64,000 nucleotides of DNA from a virus, in IMG/VR virus record IMGVR_UViG_3300042468_000945, positions 54,099-118,098 of that record; one strand, given 5' to 3'. Made by a program: the position numbers and the translations under genes. Every line of letters begins with the position of its first letter. Position 1 is the first letter of the stretch. The notes beneath the pieces were generated by a model that was given only the letters and a program-made list of their open reading frames with translations, was not told the DNA's origin and searched no databases. Of this stretch, positions 1 to 8,681 are shown piece by piece.

Positions 1-926
1 AATTCAGCACCAGTTATAACTGCCAAGTCTTCATACCAATCCTGAACCCTAGCACCATAGCCAGGAGCCTTAACACAAGCAAACATGTAACCTCTTTCTG
101 CCCTATTCTTTGCCAATGTCATAAAAGCATCTTGACTGGTAGGTACGTTTCCAATAATCAAAAGATTACCTTCATGTTTTCTTGGGTTTTCTTTTAAGTA
201 TACAGTAAGGAAGTCTGCCATTTCAGGTGCTGTCTTAATATCATCTTCAAAAAGCAAGATATCAACATCTTCCATAACGCACTCTAACTTGTCACGATCT
301 GTAATAAAGTAAGGACTGAGGAGACCACTATCAAAATTCATGCCCTTACTATGCTTTAAAACCGTTTCTAGACCTCCTGGATGGAAAGTAACAAAACCAT
401 TACCCCCTACCGAAGTAAACGCATCAGCGACTGTTTTACCAACATGTTCATCGTTACCAGAAATAGTAGCAAGATTCTCAATTACAGCATAATCCTCAGC
501 TGTAATTGGTTTAGCCATTGAGTCAATTACTTCAACAACATCCCTAGCAGCTTCTTCAATACCTTCTTTAATTCTAATACCGTTTCTATTTAGGCCAACT
601 TGCTTGTTACCTTCGTGAACCACTGCTTGGGCTAACACAATACTAGAGGTTGTCCCATCACCTACAGTATCATTAGTTCTAATTGCAGCTTGTTTTAGTA
701 ATTGTGCTCCAATAGATTCAGCTGGGTCTGCTACCTTAATTGATCTTGCAACAGTTACACCGTCTTTTGTGACAATTGGCGGAACCCAAACATTGTCAGA
801 TTCAATAACAACATTAGAACCACCAGGACCTAACGTAACTGATACTGCTTTAGCAACCTTATCTACGCCTCTAATAATAGCCTTTCTAGCGTCATCTGAG
901 TACATTGTCTCGTTCTTATTATTCAT
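1..926 (-). CDS. groEL: Chaperonin GroEL-like (5' part; runs off window edge)
   Basis: Manual translation from ATG at 926: MNNKNETMYSDDARKAIIRGVDKVAKAVSVTLGPGG...IVTKDGVTVARSI...NDTVGDGTTSS...VKAPGYG. These match the GroEL TLGP, TKDGVTVA, GDGTTT and KAPGFG signatures. Not in the ORF track because it has no stop in the window. Confidence 0.95.
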   Translation of the reverse strand, partial: MNNKNETMYSDDARKAIIRGVDKVAKAVSVTLGPGGSNVVIESDNVWVPPIVTKDGVTVARSIKVADPAESIGAQLLKQAAIRTNDTVGDGTTSSIVLAQAVVHEGNKQVGLNRNGIRIKEGIEEAARDVVEVIDSMAKPITAEDYAVIENLATISGNDEHVGKTVADAFTSVGGNGFVTFHPGGLETVLKHSKGMNFDSGLLSPYFITDRDKLECVMEDVDILLFEDDIKTAPEMADFLTVYLKENPRKHEGNLLIIGNVPTSQDAFMTLAKNRAERGYMFACVKAPGYGARVQDWYEDLAVITGAE

Positions 927-927
927 A

Positions 928-1434
928 TTAATTTTTCTTAATTTCCTTTTCTAGTGCAATAAAAACTGCAACTGAATCTGATATGTTATACAAGTCTTTA
1001 AGTTTAGTTTTTTGTAGTCTGTCTCCAAACCCGTCAAATCTTAATTTAACAGCTTCTAAAATCTCTGTTTTTTCTGCTGTTCTATTATTACAAACTCTTT
1101 TTTTAACTTCTGATGCTGTGATATATTTAAATTCTATTTTTCTTGATATACACATAGATATAATACTACCCTCAACTAAAGCTAAAGCTTTAGCTGCTAG
1201 GCTGCTTTTAGATCCTAAAGGTATTTCAAAAAGAATGAGGTTAATAGAATAATCATCAATTAGTTTATTTAAGGTTGTAATTATATTTGATATTCTTTCA
1301 ATATAATCGTCTTTTTGTTTTTTAGTTGAATCTTTTTTGGATGATATACACCCAAAGTCTTTGATTAAATCTCCAATAATAACTGACCATCCAAAGCCAG
1401 TTAGACTAGGATCTAAACATAAACAATTTCTCAT
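928..1434 (-). CDS. ruvC: RuvC-like Holliday junction resolvase
   Basis: N-terminal CLDPSLTGFGWS (RNase H-fold Asp), central LFEIP Glu, C-terminal SDSVAV Asp; 168 aa. Confidence 0.85.
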   Translation of the reverse strand: MRNCLCLDPSLTGFGWSVIIGDLIKDFGCISSKKDSTKKQKDDYIERISNIITTLNKLIDDYSINLILFEIPLGSKSSLAAKALALVEGSIISMCISRKIEFKYITASEVKKRVCNNRTAEKTEILEAVKLRFDGFGDRLQKTKLKDLYNISDSVAVFIALEKEIKKN

Positions 1435-1446
1435 TCAGTATTAGTG

Positions 1447-2874
1447 TCATTCAAATATGCTTAAACCTTTACTATATTTTATATAATTATCTGAAAAAGT
1501 CCATTTTGGTGCTTTTTCTTTTCTTATATTAGTAATGTGGTCTGTTAAATTGTTATTAATAATATTAATGTTTCTTGTTTTTAAAACTTCTATAGGTTTT
1601 TGAATAGTTTTTATGTGATTATTAAAAACTACTCCACTCCCATTAGATGTCCAGTTATTAAGTCTCCATTCTACAATAATATCATCGGAAGCTTTTGGAA
1701 TCACATTATTAAATGATAGGCTACCACTTGTATTTGTAACTTGACAACTTAAACCATTTATAATTGCAATACCATTATCTACATTTGTGTATCTACTAAC
1801 TACACCAGTTCCTACAAAAGTAAGATTAGTTTCTAGTATTGTTGAGTATTCAGGAACATCCCTTACAGAAAAATTAGAATACGTTGCATCGTATGTACCA
1901 GAACTAGTAGCTGATAATGCTTGGTACTCATAACTATCTAAACAAATACCTAATGATGCTTTAACATCTTTAGTATTTTGAGTTTTTGAAAACCAACTAG
2001 AAAATAAAATCTTATTTCCCAGGTCTAAGTTATCATCGTTGTTCTTTCTTTTAAGTAAGAAGTAAAGTCCTTTTTCATCAGCACTTGACCATATAGGAAC
2101 CCTAGTTGCTTGGTAGTTACTACCATTAAGAACAACATCAACTTTTTTTAATTGTTTAGCGGCAGTTCTATTTACAGACCTTACCTTTAAATCTTTACTA
2201 GACCTAAAACCTAAAAACCCATCTTCTCTTACTTTTGAAGGGGGAAGAGGAATCCATGACTTACTGTTTGGATGAAGCCAGAAAGATAAGGTAGAGTTAT
2301 TGAACTTAGAAAAATCAGAGATATAGTGCCAGTCATCACTATTCTTTATTGTATCTTGTTCTTGTAAAGAAAGATTACAAATTAAAATATCATCATTTAT
2401 CTTTTTGTATGTCCAAGTGTCTGAAAAGAATAGATTTAAATACGAATCAACTTGTTTGGGGGTTGTTGTAGTGTCGTCACTTAATCTAACACCAATAGTA
2501 TCTAACTTTTCATTGAAGTTAACATACCAAGCAAAGTCAGGTTCACTTACATCAAAACCCCATGACTTAGCTGAATAAACTGAGTTAATACTTGGTAACA
2601 AGTATTGGAACTCACAAAACAAAGAATTAACTATTCTTTGTATATTATAATCTGTAAAATCTGTTGTGGGGTAATTAGTAAGATTCCACGATAAAGGAAT
2701 TACTGTACCACTAGCTGAAATTAAATTGTTTGAAAGCCCTATTGTTAATACTGATGGTATTTCTTGTACTTCATTAATTTGAGGGTATGAATTAGCAGAC
2801 ATCCACCTCGGGAGATTTATTAGAGGTGGTGTCCAGGTATCTTGAATATTAGAGCTATAATAGTTCCAAACCAA
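1447..2874 (-). CDS. Hypothetical protein, probably baseplate-associated
   Basis: 475-aa ORF with TTG start, directly downstream of the baseplate J-like gene; beta-rich C-terminus. No recognised family motif. Confidence 0.45.
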   Translation of the reverse strand: MVWNYYSSNIQDTWTPPLINLPRWMSANSYPQINEVQEIPSVLTIGLSNNLISASGTVIPLSWNLTNYPTTDFTDYNIQRIVNSLFCEFQYLLPSINSVYSAKSWGFDVSEPDFAWYVNFNEKLDTIGVRLSDDTTTTPKQVDSYLNLFFSDTWTYKKINDDILICNLSLQEQDTIKNSDDWHYISDFSKFNNSTLSFWLHPNSKSWIPLPPSKVREDGFLGFRSSKDLKVRSVNRTAAKQLKKVDVVLNGSNYQATRVPIWSSADEKGLYFLLKRKNNDDNLDLGNKILFSSWFSKTQNTKDVKASLGICLDSYEYQALSATSSGTYDATYSNFSVRDVPEYSTILETNLTFVGTGVVSRYTNVDNGIAIINGLSCQVTNTSGSLSFNNVIPKASDDIIVEWRLNNWTSNGSGVVFNNHIKTIQKPIEVLKTRNINIINNNLTDHITNIRKEKAPKWTFSDNYIKYSKGLSIFE

Positions 2875-2885
2875 TAATTAATCCC

Positions 2886-3998
2886 TTATTGTACTAACAA
2901 TGTTCTTAGAATAATTTGTTCTCCAACACCCACATTAACTTCCCTATCAGGAGAAAGTTGAATACCATCAAGACTTGCTGTAATTGATGCATCAATTACA
3001 GCACTATCAGAAGAAGCTGCAATAGTTCTAAGTTGAGATATAAATAAGGAACTACTGCCTCCACCTGTTTCTATTGGTAGGGCATTAATTAATGAAGATA
3101 TTTGAGTTCTAACAGATGCTCTAATATTTTCTTGGTTAGTTGCAGTAGGTTTAAACCTTAAAGAAATTTTAACATCAAGGTTTCTTGCTGTTGGGACTCT
3201 AACTACTGCGTTAATTCCTACATTAACTGCATCATCTAGTACAGCCTGGCATTTTTCAACAATATCGTTTGCCTGGTTCTGGTGGTAAGGTGTTACAATA
3301 ATGTCAAAAGTACCACCACCACGATTTAGATTTAAAAGAACAGCATCCTTAACACCAACAACACCCCTTACAAGTGCAATAACATTATCAGTATTTAATA
3401 CGTTTCTTCTTCTAAACCCTTGTAGAATTCTTTCACGATAACTATCGTCAGACTCTTGTAAACTACCATTTGTAATTGGTAGAATATTACTTACTCGTAC
3501 ATTGGGGTTAGGCACATTATGGGAGTCAATTTCTCCTGCACCTACATTATATGCTGGACCTGTTTGTGCCGCTGATACGTGAACATCAACTGATTGACCA
3601 GCACCAACAGAAGCACCTTCAACAGTGAAGAAAGCATTATTTATATTACTAGAAACCCAAACCCGAGTACTAAAAGGTATTGAAACAGAAGAACCACTTA
3701 AGTTAGTAAATCTGATTGACTTTGTTTGACCTAGTGTAGTGGCTTTACTTTCTTCTTTCCTAGCCACCCCTACAATTAAACCTATTTGATCTAGGGATGG
3801 ACCTGTCGCAGTTGTTAAGTTAGATTGATTATTTAAATCTTCTAGGTATTCCCAAATACCATCTAACTCCTCAGCGACTAACCTTAAAAGAGTTCCAATT
3901 ACTGTGCCATTTAAGCTGGCAGTGATACTTGTTTCAGAGACAATTCTGCTGTATAAACTATTTAAAATTTCCTCTTTAGACGGTCTTGCTATGTTCAT
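2886..3998 (-). CDS. Baseplate J-like wedge protein
   Basis: GTVIGTLLRLVAEEL...TTATGPSLDQIGLIVGVAR, ESDDSYRERI and GTFDIIV patterns typical of baseplate J/gp47. Confidence 0.85.
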   Translation of the reverse strand: MNIARPSKEEILNSLYSRIVSETSITASLNGTVIGTLLRLVAEELDGIWEYLEDLNNQSNLTTATGPSLDQIGLIVGVARKEESKATTLGQTKSIRFTNLSGSSVSIPFSTRVWVSSNINNAFFTVEGASVGAGQSVDVHVSAAQTGPAYNVGAGEIDSHNVPNPNVRVSNILPITNGSLQESDDSYRERILQGFRRRNVLNTDNVIALVRGVVGVKDAVLLNLNRGGGTFDIIVTPYHQNQANDIVEKCQAVLDDAVNVGINAVVRVPTARNLDVKISLRFKPTATNQENIRASVRTQISSLINALPIETGGGSSSLFISQLRTIAASSDSAVIDASITASLDGIQLSPDREVNVGVGEQIILRTLLVQ

Positions 3999-4000
3999 AA

Positions 4001-4339
4001 TTAAGTTCCAAAAATAATGCTGTCTCTAAACTTAAATAGAGGATTAATTTTTAGGTTAATAATTGCTTTAGTTAATTCTTCGTTATAATCAATTTCATAA
4101 CTAATTAAACCAAAGTAAGCATACTTCTTGTCTTTAGATGTTTCAGATTCCAAAATTAAAGTTTCATTTAATTTTAAATGCGTTAAGTCTACTTTATCAA
4201 TGTCTAATGTTAAAATTAATGTGTTTTTCTTTGTTAGTTCCACATTATTAACACTAAAACAAAGTTTCCTATCAAGATAACCTTCCTCACCAGGGTTTCC
4301 TTTCTTTAACAAATATAAATAATACTTTAAATTATCCAT
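4001..4339 (-). CDS. Hypothetical protein
   Basis: 112-aa ORF, start overlaps the upstream stop (ATGGATAA). Confidence 0.6.
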   Translation of the reverse strand: MDNLKYYLYLLKKGNPGEEGYLDRKLCFSVNNVELTKKNTLILTLDIDKVDLTHLKLNETLILESETSKDKKYAYFGLISYEIDYNEELTKAIINLKINPLFKFRDSIIFGT

Positions 4340-5624
4340 GACTTTCTCTACAACACTTCTTATATTTTAATCCAGAACCACAAGGGCAAAGTGCATTTCT
4401 ATCTACTTGACCCCAAACTCTACCACTTATTTTTTTATTAGGTCCTAGTTTTCCTTTTTGTGCTCTATCAATAATATCTTTCCAAGCATAAGGCCACTTA
4501 TGAAAATTATTTTCTAGTGAGTATTCATTAATTGCAAGTTCTCGATTTTCCTTTTGCATCTTCTCTCTTCTTACAGTATTGGTTACAAGTTCTTCTAAAG
4601 CAGAAAACCATGTACTATAGTTACCCTCACCACTACCCACAATTAAAACACTTTCAGGGTGCTTTCTTTGGAGCTTAGAATATGGAGCAACATTACTTGC
4701 AATCATGGCTTGACCAGCTGCAAAACCTTCAAGAAGTTTTAAAGGGGATTTTGAAATATTAAATTCACAAGGGTGAACAGGAGCTAAACCAATATCTGCA
4801 CCAAACAATCCTGTTGGGTGATCCATAAAGTGTCTTGGTTCCACCAATTCATATCTACCTTCTGGAATGATATTATCTTTATTAAGGTGATTAAAGATGT
4901 CTGGCGCACCATAGTAAGCAAAAATAGTTTCTGGATATTTCTGTAAGATTCTAGAAATAGGAACCATTATCTGCTCTAAATCAGTAAGGTGCGAACTACC
5001 TCCACTCCATTGGATCACAACTTTATCTTTCCATCTATCTGGTTTTTTAATTTTTATAGGTTCAAAGAATGGTTCTCCGTCTTGCCAAGAAACATTAACC
5101 TTCCAATCTCTAAAACTAAAATCAATATAGTTAGGCAGGATTGCGTAGTTTGTGTTAAACTCAGAATAAGCACCAGCTAACTCCTCAGTGGTTACAGTCA
5201 AACCGTGACAGTTTTCCATAAACTTCTCTAGCCACTTTAAAGTATCTGAACCAGGATAATATGCAGTATAGGCTGGACTTGTTTTTAAAACTTTATGCAG
5301 GTCGTCATCAACCTCAAAAACAATTATCTTTCCATCCCATTGAAGTGTTCTAAACATTTCATAGGCTTCTGGGCTATTTTGTCTTGGTGCAATAATAACA
5401 TCTGCATGTATGAATTGATTCAAATTTTGAGATGTTCCATATACAACATCTGCTCCATGCATTTTTAACATGTGGAGCGGATTAATTACCCTATAATGCC
5501 CACAAGCACCATTATCAGCAACTAAACCAACAACTTTAAGTCCAGCATACTTGTCGCTTACTTTGTAGTCTGGAAGTTTCCTAGATGTTGTGGATACTTT
5601 CTCAATTAAACTGTTTGTTTCCAT
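4332..5624 (-). CDS. Glycosyltransferase (GT-B/GT4-like) with C-terminal SEC-C zinc motif
   Basis: GACGHYRV..P, IVFEVDDDL, ADIGLAPV...FNISKSPLKLLEGFAAG.AMIASNVAPY; ends RNALCPCGSGLKYKKCC (SEC-C). Confidence 0.85.
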   Translation of the reverse strand: METNSLIEKVSTTSRKLPDYKVSDKYAGLKVVGLVADNGACGHYRVINPLHMLKMHGADVVYGTSQNLNQFIHADVIIAPRQNSPEAYEMFRTLQWDGKIIVFEVDDDLHKVLKTSPAYTAYYPGSDTLKWLEKFMENCHGLTVTTEELAGAYSEFNTNYAILPNYIDFSFRDWKVNVSWQDGEPFFEPIKIKKPDRWKDKVVIQWSGGSSHLTDLEQIMVPISRILQKYPETIFAYYGAPDIFNHLNKDNIIPEGRYELVEPRHFMDHPTGLFGADIGLAPVHPCEFNISKSPLKLLEGFAAGQAMIASNVAPYSKLQRKHPESVLIVGSGEGNYSTWFSALEELVTNTVRREKMQKENRELAINEYSLENNFHKWPYAWKDIIDRAQKGKLGPNKKISGRVWGQVDRNALCPCGSGLKYKKCCRESHG

Positions 5625-5644
5625 AAACTACAGATAGTGTAACG

Positions 5645-6055
5645 TTATATAGTATAATTTACCCTATCAAAAACTAAACCTTTCTGTAAGTCTAATTGAC
5701 TGCTAACTTGAATTACTTTATCTGGATCATCTTTTGATGGTAATTCAATAAGTATAAATACCTCATCTTTATCTAAAGGGATACACGTAACTTCAACACT
5801 AGATAATGATAAGTCAAACAAGAGAGCACTTCTTACCCTGTTTTCAATTCTTAGCCTTGTTGCTGTAGAGTTCTCTTCACCTATAAAATCTTCTAAGCTT
5901 ACACCAATTTCAGGTTCAAGTAAGTTATCACCTGCTGTTGTTTTTAGTAAAAATACAATTTGTTGTGCTAACTGCTCATCACCTGAAACAACAGCTAAGT
6001 CTCCGTTTGCTCCAATAATAAGATCTCCGTTATCTGTTATTTTTAAATCTGTCAT
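5645..6055 (-). CDS. Baseplate wedge gp25-like protein
   Basis: DLKITDNGDL...QQIVFLLKT..GD..LEPEIGVSLEDFIG pattern; 136 aa; upstream of baseplate J. Confidence 0.75.
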   Translation of the reverse strand: MTDLKITDNGDLIIGANGDLAVVSGDEQLAQQIVFLLKTTAGDNLLEPEIGVSLEDFIGEENSTATRLRIENRVRSALLFDLSLSSVEVTCIPLDKDEVFILIELPSKDDPDKVIQVSSQLDLQKGLVFDRVNYTI

Positions 6056-6594
6056 TTTAAGTTCTCCATGTAATAAGTTAAGTGATCCATTTCTGGTGAG
6101 TCTACTAAATCATAATCAACAAATAAAGTATCATTATTGCAGTAATTAGATAGGGGCTTTTTATTTATAATTTCCCCTGTTTCTGGAATAACTCTTGTTG
6201 TATCATCCATAACATATATTTTACTAATATCAACATCTTTTTTAATTAGTAAAACATTATAGTCTTCATTTATTTTGGGATTAAAAACTTTATTACCTAC
6301 AGGTAATGAAAACCAATCAGTATTTGGAAATGAAATAAACTTAGAGGTTACAATAGTTGAATTAGAAAGAAGGTATAATCCACCACTCATGTCCCCAAGC
6401 ATTCTTACCTGTCCAGCATAGATATCAAACTGACCTTGATCTCTAAATATAGCACCTACAGGAAGATCAGGGTGTCTTAATCCAATATCACTATCTGAAT
6501 AAGTTAATTGATTTGATCGTATAGTATCATTCGTAACTTCTTCACTATACCTATCAATAGCTATCCTTGTTTGATCAAACATACTTAAACTCAT
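6052..6594 (-). CDS. Hypothetical protein (baseplate region)
   Basis: 180-aa ORF with 4-nt overlaps to both neighbours. Confidence 0.55.
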   Translation of the reverse strand: MSLSMFDQTRIAIDRYSEEVTNDTIRSNQLTYSDSDIGLRHPDLPVGAIFRDQGQFDIYAGQVRMLGDMSGGLYLLSNSTIVTSKFISFPNTDWFSLPVGNKVFNPKINEDYNVLLIKKDVDISKIYVMDDTTRVIPETGEIINKKPLSNYCNNDTLFVDYDLVDSPEMDHLTYYMENLK

Positions 6595-7292
6595 TTTATT
6601 GTTGTCCCTGGCCCAAACGGATTCATTGGCTTAACAATGTTTCCTGTATTTGGTTTATTTATTTTATCTAATACTGATGGTAAGAATAAAGAAGTACCAG
6701 TTGCATTATTAGTCCCCTGAGAGGTTTTTGTTAAACCAGGTGTTTGTGGTTTTTCTTTATTACTTTTCCAGTTTTCAGGTACTTGTTGTGCTCCAAGTTT
6801 ACTGCCTTCAGGTGTTGGTCCTATGTCCCCAACCATAGGTGCAGGTGTACCAACATCGTTTGTTAAAGTACCACCTCTAGGTTGCTTCTTGGTCCTACCA
6901 GCAATAATAGTAGGCATTTGTATTCTACCAGCTGCAAAGTTAATTTCTGCCTCAATAAAATTATCACGAAGAAGCTCAGAATTAAAGTCACCGGTTTTTC
7001 CAGTATTGCCAGCTAGACCAGCCCAAGAAACTTTAGGGTTGAATATGGTACGATAATCCACCCCTTCAGAACTTCTACAAACAACTGCAAAACCTATTTT
7101 AGATGCTTTAGCTTTCTGTGCCCAACTCTCCTCACTATAAAGATTAATACTAGTCGTAGACCTCATCCAAGGACTCTTGGCAAACTCTGCAACGACATCA
7201 CCAGCATTTACCAAAATACCGCTAGTATATGTTAAGTTCTCTCTAATATTCTTTATATTATTCTTATCTAATTGATCTTTATAGTCGCTCAT
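6591..7292 (-). CDS. Hypothetical protein (possible baseplate hub/spike component)
   Basis: ORF track start at 7370 overlaps the upstream gene by 73 nt; the ATG at 7292 (MSDYKDQ), just after the upstream stop, is preferred. Function inferred from position only. Confidence 0.5.
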   Translation of the reverse strand: MSDYKDQLDKNNIKNIRENLTYTSGILVNAGDVVAEFAKSPWMRSTTSINLYSEESWAQKAKASKIGFAVVCRSSEGVDYRTIFNPKVSWAGLAGNTGKTGDFNSELLRDNFIEAEINFAAGRIQMPTIIAGRTKKQPRGGTLTNDVGTPAPMVGDIGPTPEGSKLGAQQVPENWKSNKEKPQTPGLTKTSQGTNNATGTSLFLPSVLDKINKPNTGNIVKPMNPFGPGTTIK

Positions 7293-7297
7293 AATAA

Positions 7298-8002
7298 TTA
7301 ACCAACAAATTCCCAGTGCCAGCTCTCGTCTAGCGAACGCCCATCTCTCAAAAGAGGTGGGTTTTCCCAACCATACTGTCTACCAACTCTATCCATCCAC
7401 TTGTATGTAGGTGTTTGGCGCATTCTTGCTGAACCTGCTACTGATTGTGCTCTTGAACCACTAAAATATAGTTCAGCAATATCTACTGCCAATGCCCAAC
7501 CATGCGGTGACCTTCCTGGTTTAGCTGCTCTTCCACCACCTATTGATGCTTGGTGATTATAGGTTCTATATGCTGATGTAACAGTTAAACGAACACCATC
7601 TTTTCTTGCATGCTCCATTAGTTTTAACCATGCGTCAGCGGCATCAGGTCTTAACCAATGAAAACCTTTATATTCTGCTGTTCTCGTACTTCTTTTACCT
7701 ATGGCTTTTAGTGCAGATAATGGCAACCTACCATTACTATAACCACCCCAAGCAGAGGGTCTTTTACCTGTAGGGTAGTTTGTACTTGATTGAATTGTAT
7801 TTTCTTGTGGTACTTCAGCAAACTCTTCTGGGTCATCAAAAGACAATCCAAGCATATCAGATATGCCCTGGGAATCTCTCAATGATTGGTAGCTTAATTC
7901 CTTACCAAAACCCATATTTGATCGCTGCTCATACAAATACCTTGTAAAAGTAGCTTCTAATTCATCCATGTCTGGAGGGATATTTGATGAAAATTGTTCC
8001 AT
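7298..8002 (-). CDS. Peptidase M15B (VanY-like D,D-carboxypeptidase/endopeptidase), cell-wall hydrolase
   Basis: SAYRTYNHQ, SPHGWALAVD (SxHxxxxAxD) and ESWHW (ExWH) zinc motifs. Confidence 0.9.
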   Translation of the reverse strand: MEQFSSNIPPDMDELEATFTRYLYEQRSNMGFGKELSYQSLRDSQGISDMLGLSFDDPEEFAEVPQENTIQSSTNYPTGKRPSAWGGYSNGRLPLSALKAIGKRSTRTAEYKGFHWLRPDAADAWLKLMEHARKDGVRLTVTSAYRTYNHQASIGGGRAAKPGRSPHGWALAVDIAELYFSGSRAQSVAGSARMRQTPTYKWMDRVGRQYGWENPPLLRDGRSLDESWHWEFVG

Positions 8003-8003
8003 A

Positions 8004-8681
8004 TTAATATTGATACAGATTATTAGTTCTCATTAAATTAATTAATTTAGATGCGTATTCTGTATTTGTACCAGCATATCCAGCTGCCTGTAAAGCTCTA
8101 GCTACGTCATCTGCATTTTGTAATTTACCAATGCCTTGTTTCTTATACCTTGGTCCTGTAAGAAATCTTCCATGATCCATAATACTTTCTTCCCAGTTAT
8201 GGTAAACCCTAAAGTTTGCTGTAGTAACAAACTGATTACTACCCGATCCTTCTCTTGTTCTTAAAGCAATTGTACCAGCAGGTCCAGAACCTTTAATACC
8301 AAACAAGTTATTATATTTAGAAGCTAAATCACTTTTACCCCAACCGCTTTCTTCACACGCTTGTGCAAGTATAACAGCTACAGGAATATTGTATAGTTCA
8401 AAAGTTTTTTTAGCTCCTGGAAGTATTTTATCAATAAAGTCTTTCTTTGTTTTAGGTATGGGATTAGTATTTACAGGAGTGTTGTTATTTGTTGGCCCAT
8501 TTGCAGCATTGATTATTTGTTGAAAAGCATTACCTACAGCCTGGAAGTAATTATTTGTTGGACCATATGGGAGTTTACTTTCAAACCCCATATTTGCACG
8601 TTGTTCAAATAAATACCTTTCAAGGAGCTTTTCAAGGTGTGAAGGGTCTTCTGGAATTATACTACTAAAATTTTCATTCAT
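8004..8681 (-). CDS. GH73 glucosaminidase/muramidase (FlgJ-like)
   Basis: ILAQACEESGWG, NNLFGIKG, AGYA motifs. Confidence 0.9.
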   Translation of the reverse strand: MNENFSSIIPEDPSHLEKLLERYLFEQRANMGFESKLPYGPTNNYFQAVGNAFQQIINAANGPTNNNTPVNTNPIPKTKKDFIDKILPGAKKTFELYNIPVAVILAQACEESGWGKSDLASKYNNLFGIKGSGPAGTIALRTREGSGSNQFVTTANFRVYHNWEESIMDHGRFLTGPRYKKQGIGKLQNADDVARALQAAGYAGTNTEYASKLINLMRTNNLYQY

